Assembly: GCA_964630825.1 (NCBI GenBank) | Contig: CAZVZR010000007.1 | Location: 1 to 63,958, forward strand | Reading direction: 5' to 3' | Length of the DNA stretch: 63,958 nt | DNA from: an uncultured Planctomycetales bacterium | GTDB lineage: Bacteria; Omnitrophota; Gorgyraeia; Zapsychrales; Zapsychraceae | In this document: piece by piece, positions 1 through 9,182 of the stretch | Position numbering within the stretch: the first letter of the stretch is position 1 | Layout of the letters: each line of letters starts with the position of its first letter | Translations under genes and position numbers: made by a program | Notes under the pieces: model-generated | What the model saw: only the letters and a program-made list of their open reading frames with translations | The model's database searches: none | What the model was told of the DNA's origin: nothing

Positions 1-567
1 GCCGCCGATAATAGCCCATTGCTTAATTGTAAATTTCTTAACAAGATCCCGATGAGACTGTTTCTTAGGCTTTTCTTTGTGGGGCTCGCCAACAAGCGTG
101 ATGACTTCCGAAGACTTTTGCACCGGTGCTGCCTCTTGTGCCTGTTTTGTCTGTTGTACGGCCGAAGTTATCACAGGCAAAGACGTTGCCTGGGGCTGTT
201 TTTTTTCTATCATTTCTTCTTTCGGTGGAATGATTGTTTCCGGCTGTTCCTTTATAGTATTTGTAACCGAAGAAGAGGCCTCTTGATTATTAACCGCATT
301 AACCGGTTGTTCCAGTTGTGGTCTCGAATTCTGGGGTTGCGCTCCCTTAACAACACTCTCAATATCCTCCCGTAAAAATTCTGACAACTGACCTTCCTTA
401 TATTCTTTGATACGGACAAAAACATCATTTTCGGCAAGTACCTCGCCTTCTACTTTCTTCCCAGATTTAAGCGTAATGGTATCAGCAGAAATTACCGAGG
501 AAAGGAAAATTAACGAAACAAAAAAAGCAGCTTTGCTCAATTTCTCCCATTTAAAAATTTTATTCAT
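1..567 (-). CDS. Secreted hypothetical protein, partial (N-terminal 189 codons; runs off the window start)
   Basis: Own minus-strand translation from ATG 567-565 gives MNKIFKWEKLSKAAFFVSLIFLSSVISADTITLKSGKKVEGEV..., open to base 1. It is not in the ORF track because it has no stop in the window. The N-terminus is signal-peptide-like. It shares an A-D-T-x-x-(L/F)-K-x-G...GEV module with the next gene. Confidence 0.6.
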   Translation of the reverse strand, partial: MNKIFKWEKLSKAAFFVSLIFLSSVISADTITLKSGKKVEGEVLAENDVFVRIKEYKEGQLSEFLREDIESVVKGAQPQNSRPQLEQPVNAVNNQEASSSVTNTIKEQPETIIPPKEEMIEKKQPQATSLPVITSAVQQTKQAQEAAPVQKSSEVITLVGEPHKEKPKKQSHRDLVKKFTIKQWAIIGG

Positions 568-578
568 AATATACGGAT

Positions 579-1292
579 TTACTCCCATTTAACATTCCCT
601 TCTGTGTCAATCTTAATTCCTTTTTTCAAAGGATTCCTGTTGTACTCATCGTATTGTGTTTCGGACGACGGGTTTCCTTGATTTTGTGTCCTTTGGTAGC
701 TTCCCGATGTCGAGTGATAAACATTTTGTCGATACTGAGTTACCGGACTATTGTTTTCTTTTGGGGCGCTTGCCTGCCCCATCCCCACGTCATCGTTTTC
801 TTCCATCGCTCGAATTTCTCTTTCCCTCATCATTTGCTGTTGGTCAGCCTGCATTTTTAATTGCTGTGCCTGCTGCAATACTCCGACCTGGGTTGCCATA
901 TACCCTTGATAGGCGCCAACACCCTGTTCCAATACTCCTTGTTGCGGTTCTGTTAAATGCGCCGATGTTGCAGCAGATACCCCAGAAGAAGGCTGTGCCG
1001 TTTGGGATTGTATTTTATCTTTTTCTTTAAGGCCCCCAAAACTGGAAAGGACATTGTCTATCCAGGATTTTTGTTTTTCGACTTTAACAGGACTTTTTTC
1101 GATGCGCTCAATTTCATCTTTTTTAAAAAACCCGCCGTCGACCCACGCGCCTTCGGAAGTTTCTTTTACTTCACCTTCGTGACGAAATCCATTTTTGAAA
1201 TAAACAGTATCGGCAAGAGCAATGTTACAGAACAACAAACTGCCGATTGTTAGAGCGCTATTGACAATTTTGCAATTCATGCGCATATTCAT
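579..1292 (-). CDS. Secreted Gln/Ser-rich hypothetical protein
   Basis: ORF 579..1343. The likely start is the internal MNMRMNCKIVNSALTIGSLLFCNIALA|DTVYFKNG, which is signal-peptide-like. No catalytic motif recognised. Confidence 0.55.
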   Translation of the reverse strand: MNMRMNCKIVNSALTIGSLLFCNIALADTVYFKNGFRHEGEVKETSEGAWVDGGFFKKDEIERIEKSPVKVEKQKSWIDNVLSSFGGLKEKDKIQSQTAQPSSGVSAATSAHLTEPQQGVLEQGVGAYQGYMATQVGVLQQAQQLKMQADQQQMMREREIRAMEENDDVGMGQASAPKENNSPVTQYRQNVYHSTSGSYQRTQNQGNPSSETQYDEYNRNPLKKGIKIDTEGNVKWE

Positions 1293-1347
1293 ATACTTTA
1301 AAAGTTTAAACTTATAAGAAAACAAATGCAAGCAGTCATGCAAAAAA

Positions 1348-2688
1348 TTATAATCCTTTATTCTTTAGCTTCAACCTTTCCTTGATCTCTTTCTCTTCCC
1401 CCATCTCCGTAGGCTCATAATAAACAGTTTGCAAAGGCATGTATTCCTGCTCAACATAATGACCAGCAAAATCGTGCGCGTATTTATAATCCTTCCCGCG
1501 GCCGAGCGTTTTGGCCCCTTTATATGACGCGTCTTTCAAATGAACCGGGACGTCTTGTATTTTTTTATTTTTTACATCATCCAAGGCTTTCTCTATTCCC
1601 AAATAAACGGCATTTGATTTTGGTGCACAAGCGACATAGACAGCGGCCTGCGCCAGAGGAATGCGCGCCTCCGGCAACCCGACAAATTCAGAAATTTGTA
1701 ACGCCGCGCTGGCTAAGACCAATGCCTGCGGGTCAGCATTGCCGACATCTTCTGCGGCACAGATACATATCCGGCGGGCAATAAAGCGCGGGTCTTCACC
1801 GGCATACAGCATTTTGGCCATCCAATATAACGCGGCATCCGGATCAGAGCCGCGCATCGATTTAATAAATGCCGACGCCGTATCATAATGCTGATCGCCG
1901 TCTTGGTCATATACGACCTGCTTTTTCTGAATCGATTCTTGCGCCGCACCCAGGTCAAAAATAATTTCACCGCTTGCGTTTTTAGGTGTCGTTAAACACC
2001 CGACCTCAAGGGCGTTTAAGGCCCGACGGGCATCGCCGTCATAGGCTTCGACCAAAAACCTGAGCGCCTTTTCATCGGCCTTGATATTCAAAGCCCCTAA
2101 ACCGCGTTCCTTGTCATCTAAGGCACGCTTAAGAAGGATTAATAGTTCTTCGTTTGAAAGAGCCTTCAATTCAAATACCAGTGACCGCGAAAGTAGCGGG
2201 CTAATAATAGAGAAGAAAGGATTTAAAACAGTAGCGCCGATTAAGATAACGTTCCCGCTTTCCACATCCGGCATCAAAACATCTTGTTGGGCTTTATTAA
2301 AACGGTGGATTTCATCGATAAACAGAATGGTTTTATGCTGCGTTGTTTCACGGCGGTGTTTTGCGGCAGCAAGTATTCGGCGAACGTCATCCACGCTGGC
2401 AGCAACAGCATTCAACGATTCAAAATGGGCTTGTGTCTTTTCTTTAATACAATGCGCCAGGGTTGTTTTTCCGCATCCCGGCGGACCGTATAAAATAATT
2501 GAAGTCAACCGGTCAGCCTCGATGGCACGCGCCAAAAGCTTTCCCTCCCCAAGAATGTGGCCTTGGCCGACATATTCTTCCAATGTCCGTGGCCGCATGC
2601 GCACGCTTAAGGGAGATTGTTTAAAAATTTTATCTTGGTTGGCGAGCGAGAACAAATTCTCTGAGGAAGGGGGAATACTGCGTTTCAT
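1348..2688 (-). CDS. rarA: Replication-associated recombination protein A (AAA+ ATPase RarA/MgsA)
   Basis: Walker A GPPGCGKTTLAH, Walker B LFIDEIHRF, and a C-terminal MgsA-type helical domain (ALYWMAKMLYAGEDPRFIARR). Confidence 0.93.
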   Translation of the reverse strand: MKRSIPPSSENLFSLANQDKIFKQSPLSVRMRPRTLEEYVGQGHILGEGKLLARAIEADRLTSIILYGPPGCGKTTLAHCIKEKTQAHFESLNAVAASVDDVRRILAAAKHRRETTQHKTILFIDEIHRFNKAQQDVLMPDVESGNVILIGATVLNPFFSIISPLLSRSLVFELKALSNEELLILLKRALDDKERGLGALNIKADEKALRFLVEAYDGDARRALNALEVGCLTTPKNASGEIIFDLGAAQESIQKKQVVYDQDGDQHYDTASAFIKSMRGSDPDAALYWMAKMLYAGEDPRFIARRICICAAEDVGNADPQALVLASAALQISEFVGLPEARIPLAQAAVYVACAPKSNAVYLGIEKALDDVKNKKIQDVPVHLKDASYKGAKTLGRGKDYKYAHDFAGHYVEQEYMPLQTVYYEPTEMGEEKEIKERLKLKNKGL

Positions 2689-2975
2689 GGTTTCCTAAAG
2701 GTCAATAAGCAGAGACGAGGCATCTGTGACTATTCGTCAAGCACGCCTCGTCTCTAGAATTAAACCCCGCTTATGCCGTCGGGTGAATATAAAGAGAACC
2801 TGATAACAGGTGGGTACCACCCCGAAAGCTCCTAAGAGCGGACGGAGGTTTGGCAATCCCTTTATATTCTTAAGGTCCTTTATGAATCACCCTAACGAAC
2901 ACAGCAGGGATATTTCGCATGGACTTATGGTAACACAACCTTTATTTATTATGCCACTGATTTTTTTGCAAATCT

Positions 2976-5006
2976 TTACCGCTGAATGGCCCCTAATTCA
3001 TCGGCCAAAGCTTTAATAATTTTTTGCTGTGCGAATTTTATTTCTTCATCCGTCAAAGTGCGCTTAAAAGATTGATACTGAAGAGAGAAAATTACGCCGC
3101 GGCAACCCGGCGGAAGTTTTTCACCAAGATATTGTTCTTTAAATTCGATTCCCGTTAAGATTTCTCCGCCTTCGCGACGGGCAATGTCTTTTACCTGCCG
3201 GAATAAAATGCCGTCTTTGACAGCGAGACTGATATCATGAACCGCTGCGGGGTATTCATTGAGCACCTTAAATTTCCTTGGCGGTTGGGCCTGCCGATAA
3301 AATTCTCCAAAATCCACTTGAACAAAATACAAACTATTTTGTTTGATGTCCCATTTATCCAATACTTCTCTATCAATTTTGCCGATTACACCTATTTTTT
3401 CACCGGCGACATAGATCCCGGCAGCTTGTGTATTATCAAAATACGGATCCTGACAATCCTGAAGATCAACACTCCCCACTCCCAAGTTGCACGCAATTGC
3501 TTCAACGGCACCTTTGATATCATAAAAGTCTACCACTAACTTCTGTGTTACCCGCCAATCTTCTATATTCACCCCGCCGGCAATAATTCCCAACGTATCT
3601 CTTTCCCCATTTTTTGTATATATTTTCCCTATTTCAAAAAGCTTAAAATCTTTATTCCCGCGGTTAATATTGGTTGCGGCAACGGAAAGTAAAAGCGGCA
3701 GCACCGACGGCCGCATGAATTCCTGATCCTGAGTTAAAGGATTTTTGATTTTGATTGCCTCTACATTGCCCAAATTTGATTTTGCCAGCGCGGCACGATT
3801 GGTCATGGCATAGGTAACCATTTCACTATACCCTTGCGCTAACAAACATTCTCGAACCTTGTTACGGATCCGTCGCTGTGAATTTTCAGGAATCTCTGTT
3901 GCCTTGATTTGCGGAAGTGCCGTGGGAATATTTTCATAACCGTAAATACGGGCAACTTCTTCGATAACATCTTTGTCGGATTTAACGTCGTTACGAAAAG
4001 TCGGTGGGGTTACTTTTAATCCGTTTGCTTTTATTTTACTTATCTTAAAATCGAGTTTGTGTAGCATACCGGAAACAGCCGGTAGTTTTATATCTACTCC
4101 TAAATACGAATTTATTTCTGCACCGGTAATGTTTATATCGATCACTTTTGTTTTTCTTTTTTCCGTAACGACATCCCTATATTTAACCACTTTGCCTTTG
4201 GCGCTTTCCAAAATTAAATCAACCGCCCGGCCAGCGCCGATTTTCACCATATCCCAATCTACACCGCGTTCAAAACGATATGATGAATCGCTCGACAACC
4301 CCAGCTTGCGCGCAGCGCGCCTGATTAAAATGGGATCAAAATATGCGCTCTCCAATAAAATGTTCTTTGTCTTTTCTGTCACTTCCGTGTCTTTGCCGCC
4401 CATCACGCCGGCAATGGCCACCGGTTTTTGTTCGTCAGCAATGATGAGGATTGATTCATCGAGAACCCGCTCGTCGCCATCAATAGTAATAATCTTCTCG
4501 CCTTTTCTTGCCCGCCGAACAATAATTTTTCTGCCCGCAAGCTTGTCAAGATCAAAAGCGTGCATCGGCTGGCCGGTTTCCAGCAAACAAAAATTGGTAA
4601 TATCGACAATATTGTTAATAGACCTTAATCCCAAAGCGGTAATACGTTTCTTAATCCACGCTGGTGTTTCCATCACAGAAACGCCTTCGATTACTGTACC
4701 GATATACCTTGTGCAGCCTTTTTTATCCAAGATACTGATATCACATTTCTTTGCTGGGAAACGCAGCTTGCTTTGTTTAAAAGGCATGTACTTTTTATTG
4801 AAAACAGCGCCGACCTCGCGGGCAATGCCGAGCATGTTTAAACAATCCGGCCGATTAGGCGTGACCTCGATTTCAAAAACCGTATCGCCGTCGACCGAAT
4901 GAATCTTCTCGACTTCCAGGCCGGCCATCGTCAACGCATGCGCCAGCTTTTCCGGTGCGACCGTGACATTCACATAATCTTTAAGCCAGTTAAGAGATAT
5001 TTTCAT
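2976..5006 (-). CDS. pheT: Phenylalanine--tRNA ligase beta subunit
   Basis: 676 aa. N-terminus MKISLNWLKDYV, B3/4 and B5 regions, C-terminal FDX-ACB-like end. Lies directly downstream of pheS. Confidence 0.95.
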   Translation of the reverse strand: MKISLNWLKDYVNVTVAPEKLAHALTMAGLEVEKIHSVDGDTVFEIEVTPNRPDCLNMLGIAREVGAVFNKKYMPFKQSKLRFPAKKCDISILDKKGCTRYIGTVIEGVSVMETPAWIKKRITALGLRSINNIVDITNFCLLETGQPMHAFDLDKLAGRKIIVRRARKGEKIITIDGDERVLDESILIIADEQKPVAIAGVMGGKDTEVTEKTKNILLESAYFDPILIRRAARKLGLSSDSSYRFERGVDWDMVKIGAGRAVDLILESAKGKVVKYRDVVTEKRKTKVIDINITGAEINSYLGVDIKLPAVSGMLHKLDFKISKIKANGLKVTPPTFRNDVKSDKDVIEEVARIYGYENIPTALPQIKATEIPENSQRRIRNKVRECLLAQGYSEMVTYAMTNRAALAKSNLGNVEAIKIKNPLTQDQEFMRPSVLPLLLSVAATNINRGNKDFKLFEIGKIYTKNGERDTLGIIAGGVNIEDWRVTQKLVVDFYDIKGAVEAIACNLGVGSVDLQDCQDPYFDNTQAAGIYVAGEKIGVIGKIDREVLDKWDIKQNSLYFVQVDFGEFYRQAQPPRKFKVLNEYPAAVHDISLAVKDGILFRQVKDIARREGGEILTGIEFKEQYLGEKLPPGCRGVIFSLQYQSFKRTLTDEEIKFAQQKIIKALADELGAIQR

Positions 5007-5010
5007 TAAA

Positions 5011-6021
5011 TTAAAATTGTTCTAAAAACCTCATATCGTTTTCATAAAACGTCCGAATATCATTAATGCCGTACTTTAACATTGCGATGCGTTCGACGCC
5101 CAAACCAAAAGCCAAACCGGTGTATTTTCCTCTAGGATAACCCGCTGCTTCAAATACTTTCGGATGTACCATACCGCAGCCCATAATTTCCAGCCAATCT
5201 TTCTTGCCCTTGCTCCAAGAAATGTCTACTTCTGCCGACGGCTCGGTAAACGGAAAAAAATGCGGGCGAAACCGCATTTTAATATCTTTATCAAAAAGGC
5301 GTTTGCAAAATGTGGTTAGTAACCCTTTGAGGTGAGAAAATTTTACATTGTCGTCAATCAAGAGCCCTTCGATCTGATGAAACATAAACGAATGACTTGC
5401 GTCAACCGCATCGGGACGATAAACTTTCCCCGGGATAATAACTGCTAACGGCGGCTGGTGCGCTTTCATAATCCTGATTTGACCCGGCGAGGTATGACTT
5501 CTAAGCAATAGAAAGCGCCCTTTATTCGAAGGATCATCTTCCTCTAAATAAAATGTATCGAAAGCATCGCGGGAAGGATGATCAACGGGAATATTTAATG
5601 CGGTGAAATTATTAAATTCAGTCTCAATCTCCGGGCCTTCTTGAATAACAAAACCCATCTTCTCGAATATCGAACAAATTTCCTCGACAGTTTGGGTGAT
5701 GAGATGTTTGTGGCCCGTTGGAAAAGCAACTCCCGGAATAGTAATATCTAATTTTTGTTTCGCTGGCCCTTTGTGCGCATCTTTAACGATGTTCTTTTTT
5801 TGTTCTATAAGAGCATTGATGTGATTTCGTAGTTCGTTGGCGCTTTTTCCGGCCGCGGGTTTTTGATCGGCGGGCAATGCACCCAGGGAGGAAAAGACAT
5901 CTTGGATAATACCTTTGCGACCTAAATATTTGATGCGGAATTGTTCAAGGGCGTTTTCATCGGCAATATTTTCCGCTTCTTTAGTTGCCTGCTCGCTGAT
6001 TTCTTGGAAATTCCAGTGCAT
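5011..6021 (-). CDS. pheS: Phenylalanine--tRNA ligase alpha subunit
   Basis: Class II aaRS motifs (FRPHFFPFTEPS, GCGMVHP, GLAFGLGVERIAM). The start was moved to the internal MHWNFQEISEQ because the first 11 track codons overlap a GC hairpin at 6033-6061. Confidence 0.93.
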   Translation of the reverse strand: MHWNFQEISEQATKEAENIADENALEQFRIKYLGRKGIIQDVFSSLGALPADQKPAAGKSANELRNHINALIEQKKNIVKDAHKGPAKQKLDITIPGVAFPTGHKHLITQTVEEICSIFEKMGFVIQEGPEIETEFNNFTALNIPVDHPSRDAFDTFYLEEDDPSNKGRFLLLRSHTSPGQIRIMKAHQPPLAVIIPGKVYRPDAVDASHSFMFHQIEGLLIDDNVKFSHLKGLLTTFCKRLFDKDIKMRFRPHFFPFTEPSAEVDISWSKGKKDWLEIMGCGMVHPKVFEAAGYPRGKYTGLAFGLGVERIAMLKYGINDIRTFYENDMRFLEQF

Positions 6022-6096
6022 TGTGTAATGAATAACAATTAGCCCCGCGGGCAATCCCTGCGGGGCTATCTACTTTGCGAAACGTATTATTTTTAT

Positions 6097-6450
6097 TTAA
6101 GATTTCCCTTGGGCAACTGCAATTAATTTCTTAAACGTCGCCGGAGAATTCACCGCCATATCAGCAATCAATTTGCGGTCAACCTGTACTTTGGCATTTT
6201 GCAATCCGCGGATGAAACGGCTGTAAGTAATGCCGTTCTCCCGGCAAGCAGCATTAATACGGACAATCCACAACCGCCGAAACTCTCTTTTCTTAACTTT
6301 GCGGTCACGGTAAGCATACACCATCCCTTTGATAACGGAACGGCGTGCCTGTACATATCGAGTGGACCTGTGCCCGAATTGTCCTTTTGCTTGTTTTAAA
6401 AACTTTTTTCTTCGCCGTTTCGCGGCGAGAACACCTCTAACTCTAGCCAT
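6097..6450 (-). CDS. rplT: 50S ribosomal protein L20
   Basis: MARVRGVLAAKRRRKKFLKQAKG... is a canonical L20. SD AAGGAGG lies 9 nt upstream. Order infC-rpmI-rplT is conserved. Confidence 0.97.
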   Translation of the reverse strand: MARVRGVLAAKRRRKKFLKQAKGQFGHRSTRYVQARRSVIKGMVYAYRDRKVKKREFRRLWIVRINAACRENGITYSRFIRGLQNAKVQVDRKLIADMAVNSPATFKKLIAVAQGKS

Positions 6451-6562
6451 AAGGCAACAACCTCCTTATACGTTTTGTTTCAACTTTGAAAAGATACCAA
6501 TTACTCTAGCCATAAGGCAACAGCTTCCTTATACGCTTTGCTTCTACCTTGGAAAGATACCA
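6440..6562. repeat. Tandem duplication (2 x 60 nt, period 63, 53/60 identical) of the rplT translation-initiation region
   Basis: 6440-6499 versus 6503-6562, aligned by eye. Copy A holds the real rplT SD and ATG. Copy B forms the last 14 codons and stop of rpmI. Confidence 0.85.
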
Positions 6563-6703
6563 GTTCTTGCGCATCTTTCGTTTAGCCTTGCGTGATTTTT
6601 TTCCTAACATGTGCCCCCGACGAGCACTGCGTTTTTTGATCTTACCTTTTTTGGTAAATTTAAACCGTTTTGCGGCTGAACGGTTAGTTTTTAGCTTAGG
6701 CAT
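6506..6703 (-). CDS. rpmI: 50S ribosomal protein L35
   Basis: MPKLKTNRSAAKRFKFTKKGKIKKR... is a canonical L35. Lies between infC and rplT. Confidence 0.95.
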   Translation of the reverse strand: MPKLKTNRSAAKRFKFTKKGKIKKRSARRGHMLGKKSRKAKRKMRKNWYLSKVEAKRIRKLLPYG

Positions 6704-6743
6704 ATTTCACCTTTCGTTATTGGTCTTTTCCTTACCAAAAAAA

Positions 6744-7283
6744 TTATACTTTCTTTGCTACCACTGCTGCTGTCGTTGTTGCAGGAGACAAAACAACTGA
6801 CATAACCCGCCCTTCCATGCTGGGCGCCTTTTCAGGTTGTGCATGGCCTGCGGTATCAGCAATCATACGATCCAGAATTTGCAAACCTAACTCTTTATGC
6901 ATCATTTCCCGCCCACGATAAAACATATTTACTTTAACTTTATCTTTCTTTTCTAGAAACGCGATGACCTGCCTTAATTTGATTTCGTAATCGTGATCAT
7001 CGATGTGTGGTTTAAGCCGAATCTGTTTTAAATGTGTTACGCGCTGATTTTTTCTGATGCGCCGTTCTTTCTTGGCTTGGTCATATTTATATTTACTGTA
7101 ATCCATTATCCGGCAAACAGGGGGCTTGGCTTCTGGGGCGATTTCCACGAGATCCAATTCATACTGTTCTGCCATTTCTAAAGCCCGTTTTATTGCATGA
7201 ATCCCTAATTGTTCAGCCTCCGGGCCGATAATACGAACCTCGGGTGATCTTATTCTGTCATTAACACGCACGAACTTTTGTAT
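6744..7283 (-). CDS. infC: Translation initiation factor IF-3 (probable non-canonical ATA start)
   Basis: IF-3 N and C domains (VNDRIRSPEVRIIGPE..., LVEIAPEAKPPVCRIMDY..., HLKQIRLKPHIDDHDYEIK). SD AAGGAGG (7296-7290), a 6-nt spacer, then ATA (7283-7281). The track GTG start lies 18 nt from the SD. Confidence 0.88.
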   Translation of the reverse strand: MQKFVRVNDRIRSPEVRIIGPEAEQLGIHAIKRALEMAEQYELDLVEIAPEAKPPVCRIMDYSKYKYDQAKKERRIRKNQRVTHLKQIRLKPHIDDHDYEIKLRQVIAFLEKKDKVKVNMFYRGREMMHKELGLQILDRMIADTAGHAQPEKAPSMEGRVMSVVLSPATTTAAVVAKKV

Positions 7284-7315
7284 GGGACACCTCCTTAATT
7301 ATAATTAAGACTGGT

Positions 7316-9046
7316 TTATGTTTTTGTAGTTAATTTTTCGTTTGCTTGTTTAATAAAATCTTCGATTGAACATATTCCTTTGTCGCCTTCTTTATAACTG
7401 CGGACAGCAACGGATTTGCTTTGCACTTCTTTGTCACCAACAACTAATAAATACGGAGTTTTCTTAACGGTGCCTTCGCGAATCCTTTTACCTAAACTCT
7501 CGTTGCGACCATCAATTATAACGCGCAAACCTAAATTTTGTAAATTTTCTTTTAGCTCTTCTGCAAAGGCATTGTGTTGTTCACCAATAGGAATAATGAT
7601 CGCCTGCACCGGTGCCAGCCATAATGGGAATGCGCCGCCGTAATGTTCGATGAGCGTGCCAATAAATCTTTCCATGCTGCCAAGAATTGCGCGGTGAATC
7701 ATCGTCGGCCGCGACTCTTTCCCATCTTCGTCAATATAGCTTAAATTAAATCTGGCCGGCAAAGCAAAATCACATTGTATGGTAGCGCACTGCCACTGCC
7801 GTCCCAACGCATCTTTTAATTTTATATCAATCTTTGGGCCATAAAATGCGCCATCGCCTTCATTGATTTGGTATTTTAGTTGCATTTCTTTTAACGAATT
7901 TTCCAAAGCATTCGTCGCAGTTTCCCATTCTTTAAGTTCGCCAATATAATCTTCGGGCCGTGTACTTAATTCGATATCCATCGATGTAAATCCAAAATCT
8001 TTCATGACATCAAACACAAATTGGACAACATTTTTAACCTCGTCCTTGACTTGTTCCGGCCGGCAAAAAATATGCGCGTCGTCTTGGGTAAAACCGCGCA
8101 CGCGCAACAATCCATGCAATACACCTGCTTTTTCCCGTCGATAAACGCTGCCGAGCTCAAAATACCGAACTGGCAGTTCCCGATACGAGCGCCCTCGCGA
8201 TTTATAAATTAAAATGTGCCCCGGACAATTCATCGGCTTAACGGCGTACTCTTCCTCGTCAACTTCAAAATAATACATATTTTGCCGGTAATGATCCGCG
8301 TGCCCACTTTGTTCCCATAATTTACCTTTTAAGATATGCGGCGTCATAACAAGTTGATAACCGTGTTTTAAATGTTGCTCGCGCACATAGTCTTCGATTA
8401 TTTTTCGCAACATCGCGCCATTAGGATGATAAAAAACAAGCCCGGCCCCGGCTTGCTCGTGATAAAAATTAAATAAATCCAATTGAACACCGAGTTTGCG
8501 ATGATCGCGTTTGTCCGCCTCTTCGAGCATCTTTAAATGATCGTCTAATTCTTTTTGCGAAGCAAACGCCGTTCCATAAATCCGCTGCAATGCAGGATTC
8601 TTTTCGTTGCCACGCCAGTAAGCCCCGGCGACAGATAACAATTTGAAAGCCTTGATTTCGCCGGCATTATCCACGTGCGGCCCTTTGCATAAATCAAACC
8701 ACTTGTCGCCCGTATCGAAAATGGATACCTCTTCATCAGGAATACCTTCGATAAGTTCGACCTTAAAATCTTCCTTCATTGAACCAAAAAGTTTTTTGGC
8801 TTCTTCCTTTTTCATAAACCGTTGGGTGAATTTGGGTTTATGTTTAATGATTTCTTTCATTCGTTTTTCAATCTTCTTCAAATCATCGTCGGTAAACGGC
8901 TCTTTCTTATCAAAATCGTAATAAAAACCGCTTTCGATAGCCGGGCCAATGGTGACCTTGGCTTCAGGCCAAATCTCTTTCACCGCCTGTGCCATCACGT
9001 GCGAGCAGCTGTGTCGTAATTTATCTAAATCGGTTTTGTATTCCAT
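7316..9046 (-). CDS. thrS: Threonine--tRNA ligase lacking the N-terminal TGS domain
   Basis: Starts at MEYKTDLDKLRHSCSHVMAQAVKEIWPEAKVTIGPAIESGFYYDFD, the N2/editing-domain entry and equivalent to about residue 66 of E. coli ThrRS. Class II motifs and anticodon-binding domain present. The 41 upstream track codons are basic and low-complexity and overlap a terminator-like hairpin. Confidence 0.92.
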   Translation of the reverse strand: MEYKTDLDKLRHSCSHVMAQAVKEIWPEAKVTIGPAIESGFYYDFDKKEPFTDDDLKKIEKRMKEIIKHKPKFTQRFMKKEEAKKLFGSMKEDFKVELIEGIPDEEVSIFDTGDKWFDLCKGPHVDNAGEIKAFKLLSVAGAYWRGNEKNPALQRIYGTAFASQKELDDHLKMLEEADKRDHRKLGVQLDLFNFYHEQAGAGLVFYHPNGAMLRKIIEDYVREQHLKHGYQLVMTPHILKGKLWEQSGHADHYRQNMYYFEVDEEEYAVKPMNCPGHILIYKSRGRSYRELPVRYFELGSVYRREKAGVLHGLLRVRGFTQDDAHIFCRPEQVKDEVKNVVQFVFDVMKDFGFTSMDIELSTRPEDYIGELKEWETATNALENSLKEMQLKYQINEGDGAFYGPKIDIKLKDALGRQWQCATIQCDFALPARFNLSYIDEDGKESRPTMIHRAILGSMERFIGTLIEHYGGAFPLWLAPVQAIIIPIGEQHNAFAEELKENLQNLGLRVIIDGRNESLGKRIREGTVKKTPYLLVVGDKEVQSKSVAVRSYKEGDKGICSIEDFIKQANEKLTTKT

Positions 9047-9130
9047 AATTGTTTTTAATTTTACTTTCAACGCTCGGGTCCTAATTCGGCAGATCCTCAT
9101 TAGGGGCCCCTTGTACTTTTTCTTATCAGC

Positions 9131-9163
9131 ACAAAACCTCCGCCCTTTCGGGTTGTCGGTTTT
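9131..9163 (-). terminator. Candidate intrinsic terminator of the tRNA operon
   Basis: Minus strand reads AAAACCGACAACCCGAAAGGGCGGAGGTTTTGT: AAAACC/GGTTTT stem, inner CCC-GAAA-GGG, then a U-tract. Confidence 0.4.
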
Positions 9164-9182
9164 ATGCATAAGATCAGTACAA

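Noticed and set aside
2081-2698. 205-aa ORF antisense to rarA. Similar long antisense ORFs occur at 3973..4902, 18856..19278, 19912..20391, 20961..21374, 31711..32064, 35479..35880, 44445..44822 and 52173..52745
   Set aside because: These are shadow ORFs opposite well-supported genes. They show low-complexity or Ser/Arg/Leu-rich translations and no start context.
2689-2975. RNase P RNA, SRP RNA or tmRNA in the pheT-rarA gap
   Set aside because: Conserved cores are absent (GAGGAAAGTCC P4 for RNase P, GGAAGCAGCC for SRP, and the tRNA-like end for tmRNA). The few similar words lie in the wrong order or strand.
2810-3016. 68-aa plus-strand ORF in the pheT-rarA gap
   Set aside because: It has a GTG start without an SD, overlaps the pheT 3' end, and has no recognisable features.
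6329-6595. 88-aa plus-strand ORF containing TLAIRQQPPYTFCF / TLAIRQQLPYTLCF
   Set aside because: It is simply the antisense translation of the 63-nt-period duplication at the rpmI/rplT junction.
9047-9169. 41-codon N-terminal extension of thrS. Similar track extensions occur for dnaA (17000-17083), pheS (6022-6054), parA, tadC and the fibre genes
   Set aside because: The extensions lack homology to the family N-termini, overlap hairpins or intergenic signals, and the internal ATGs have better SD spacing.
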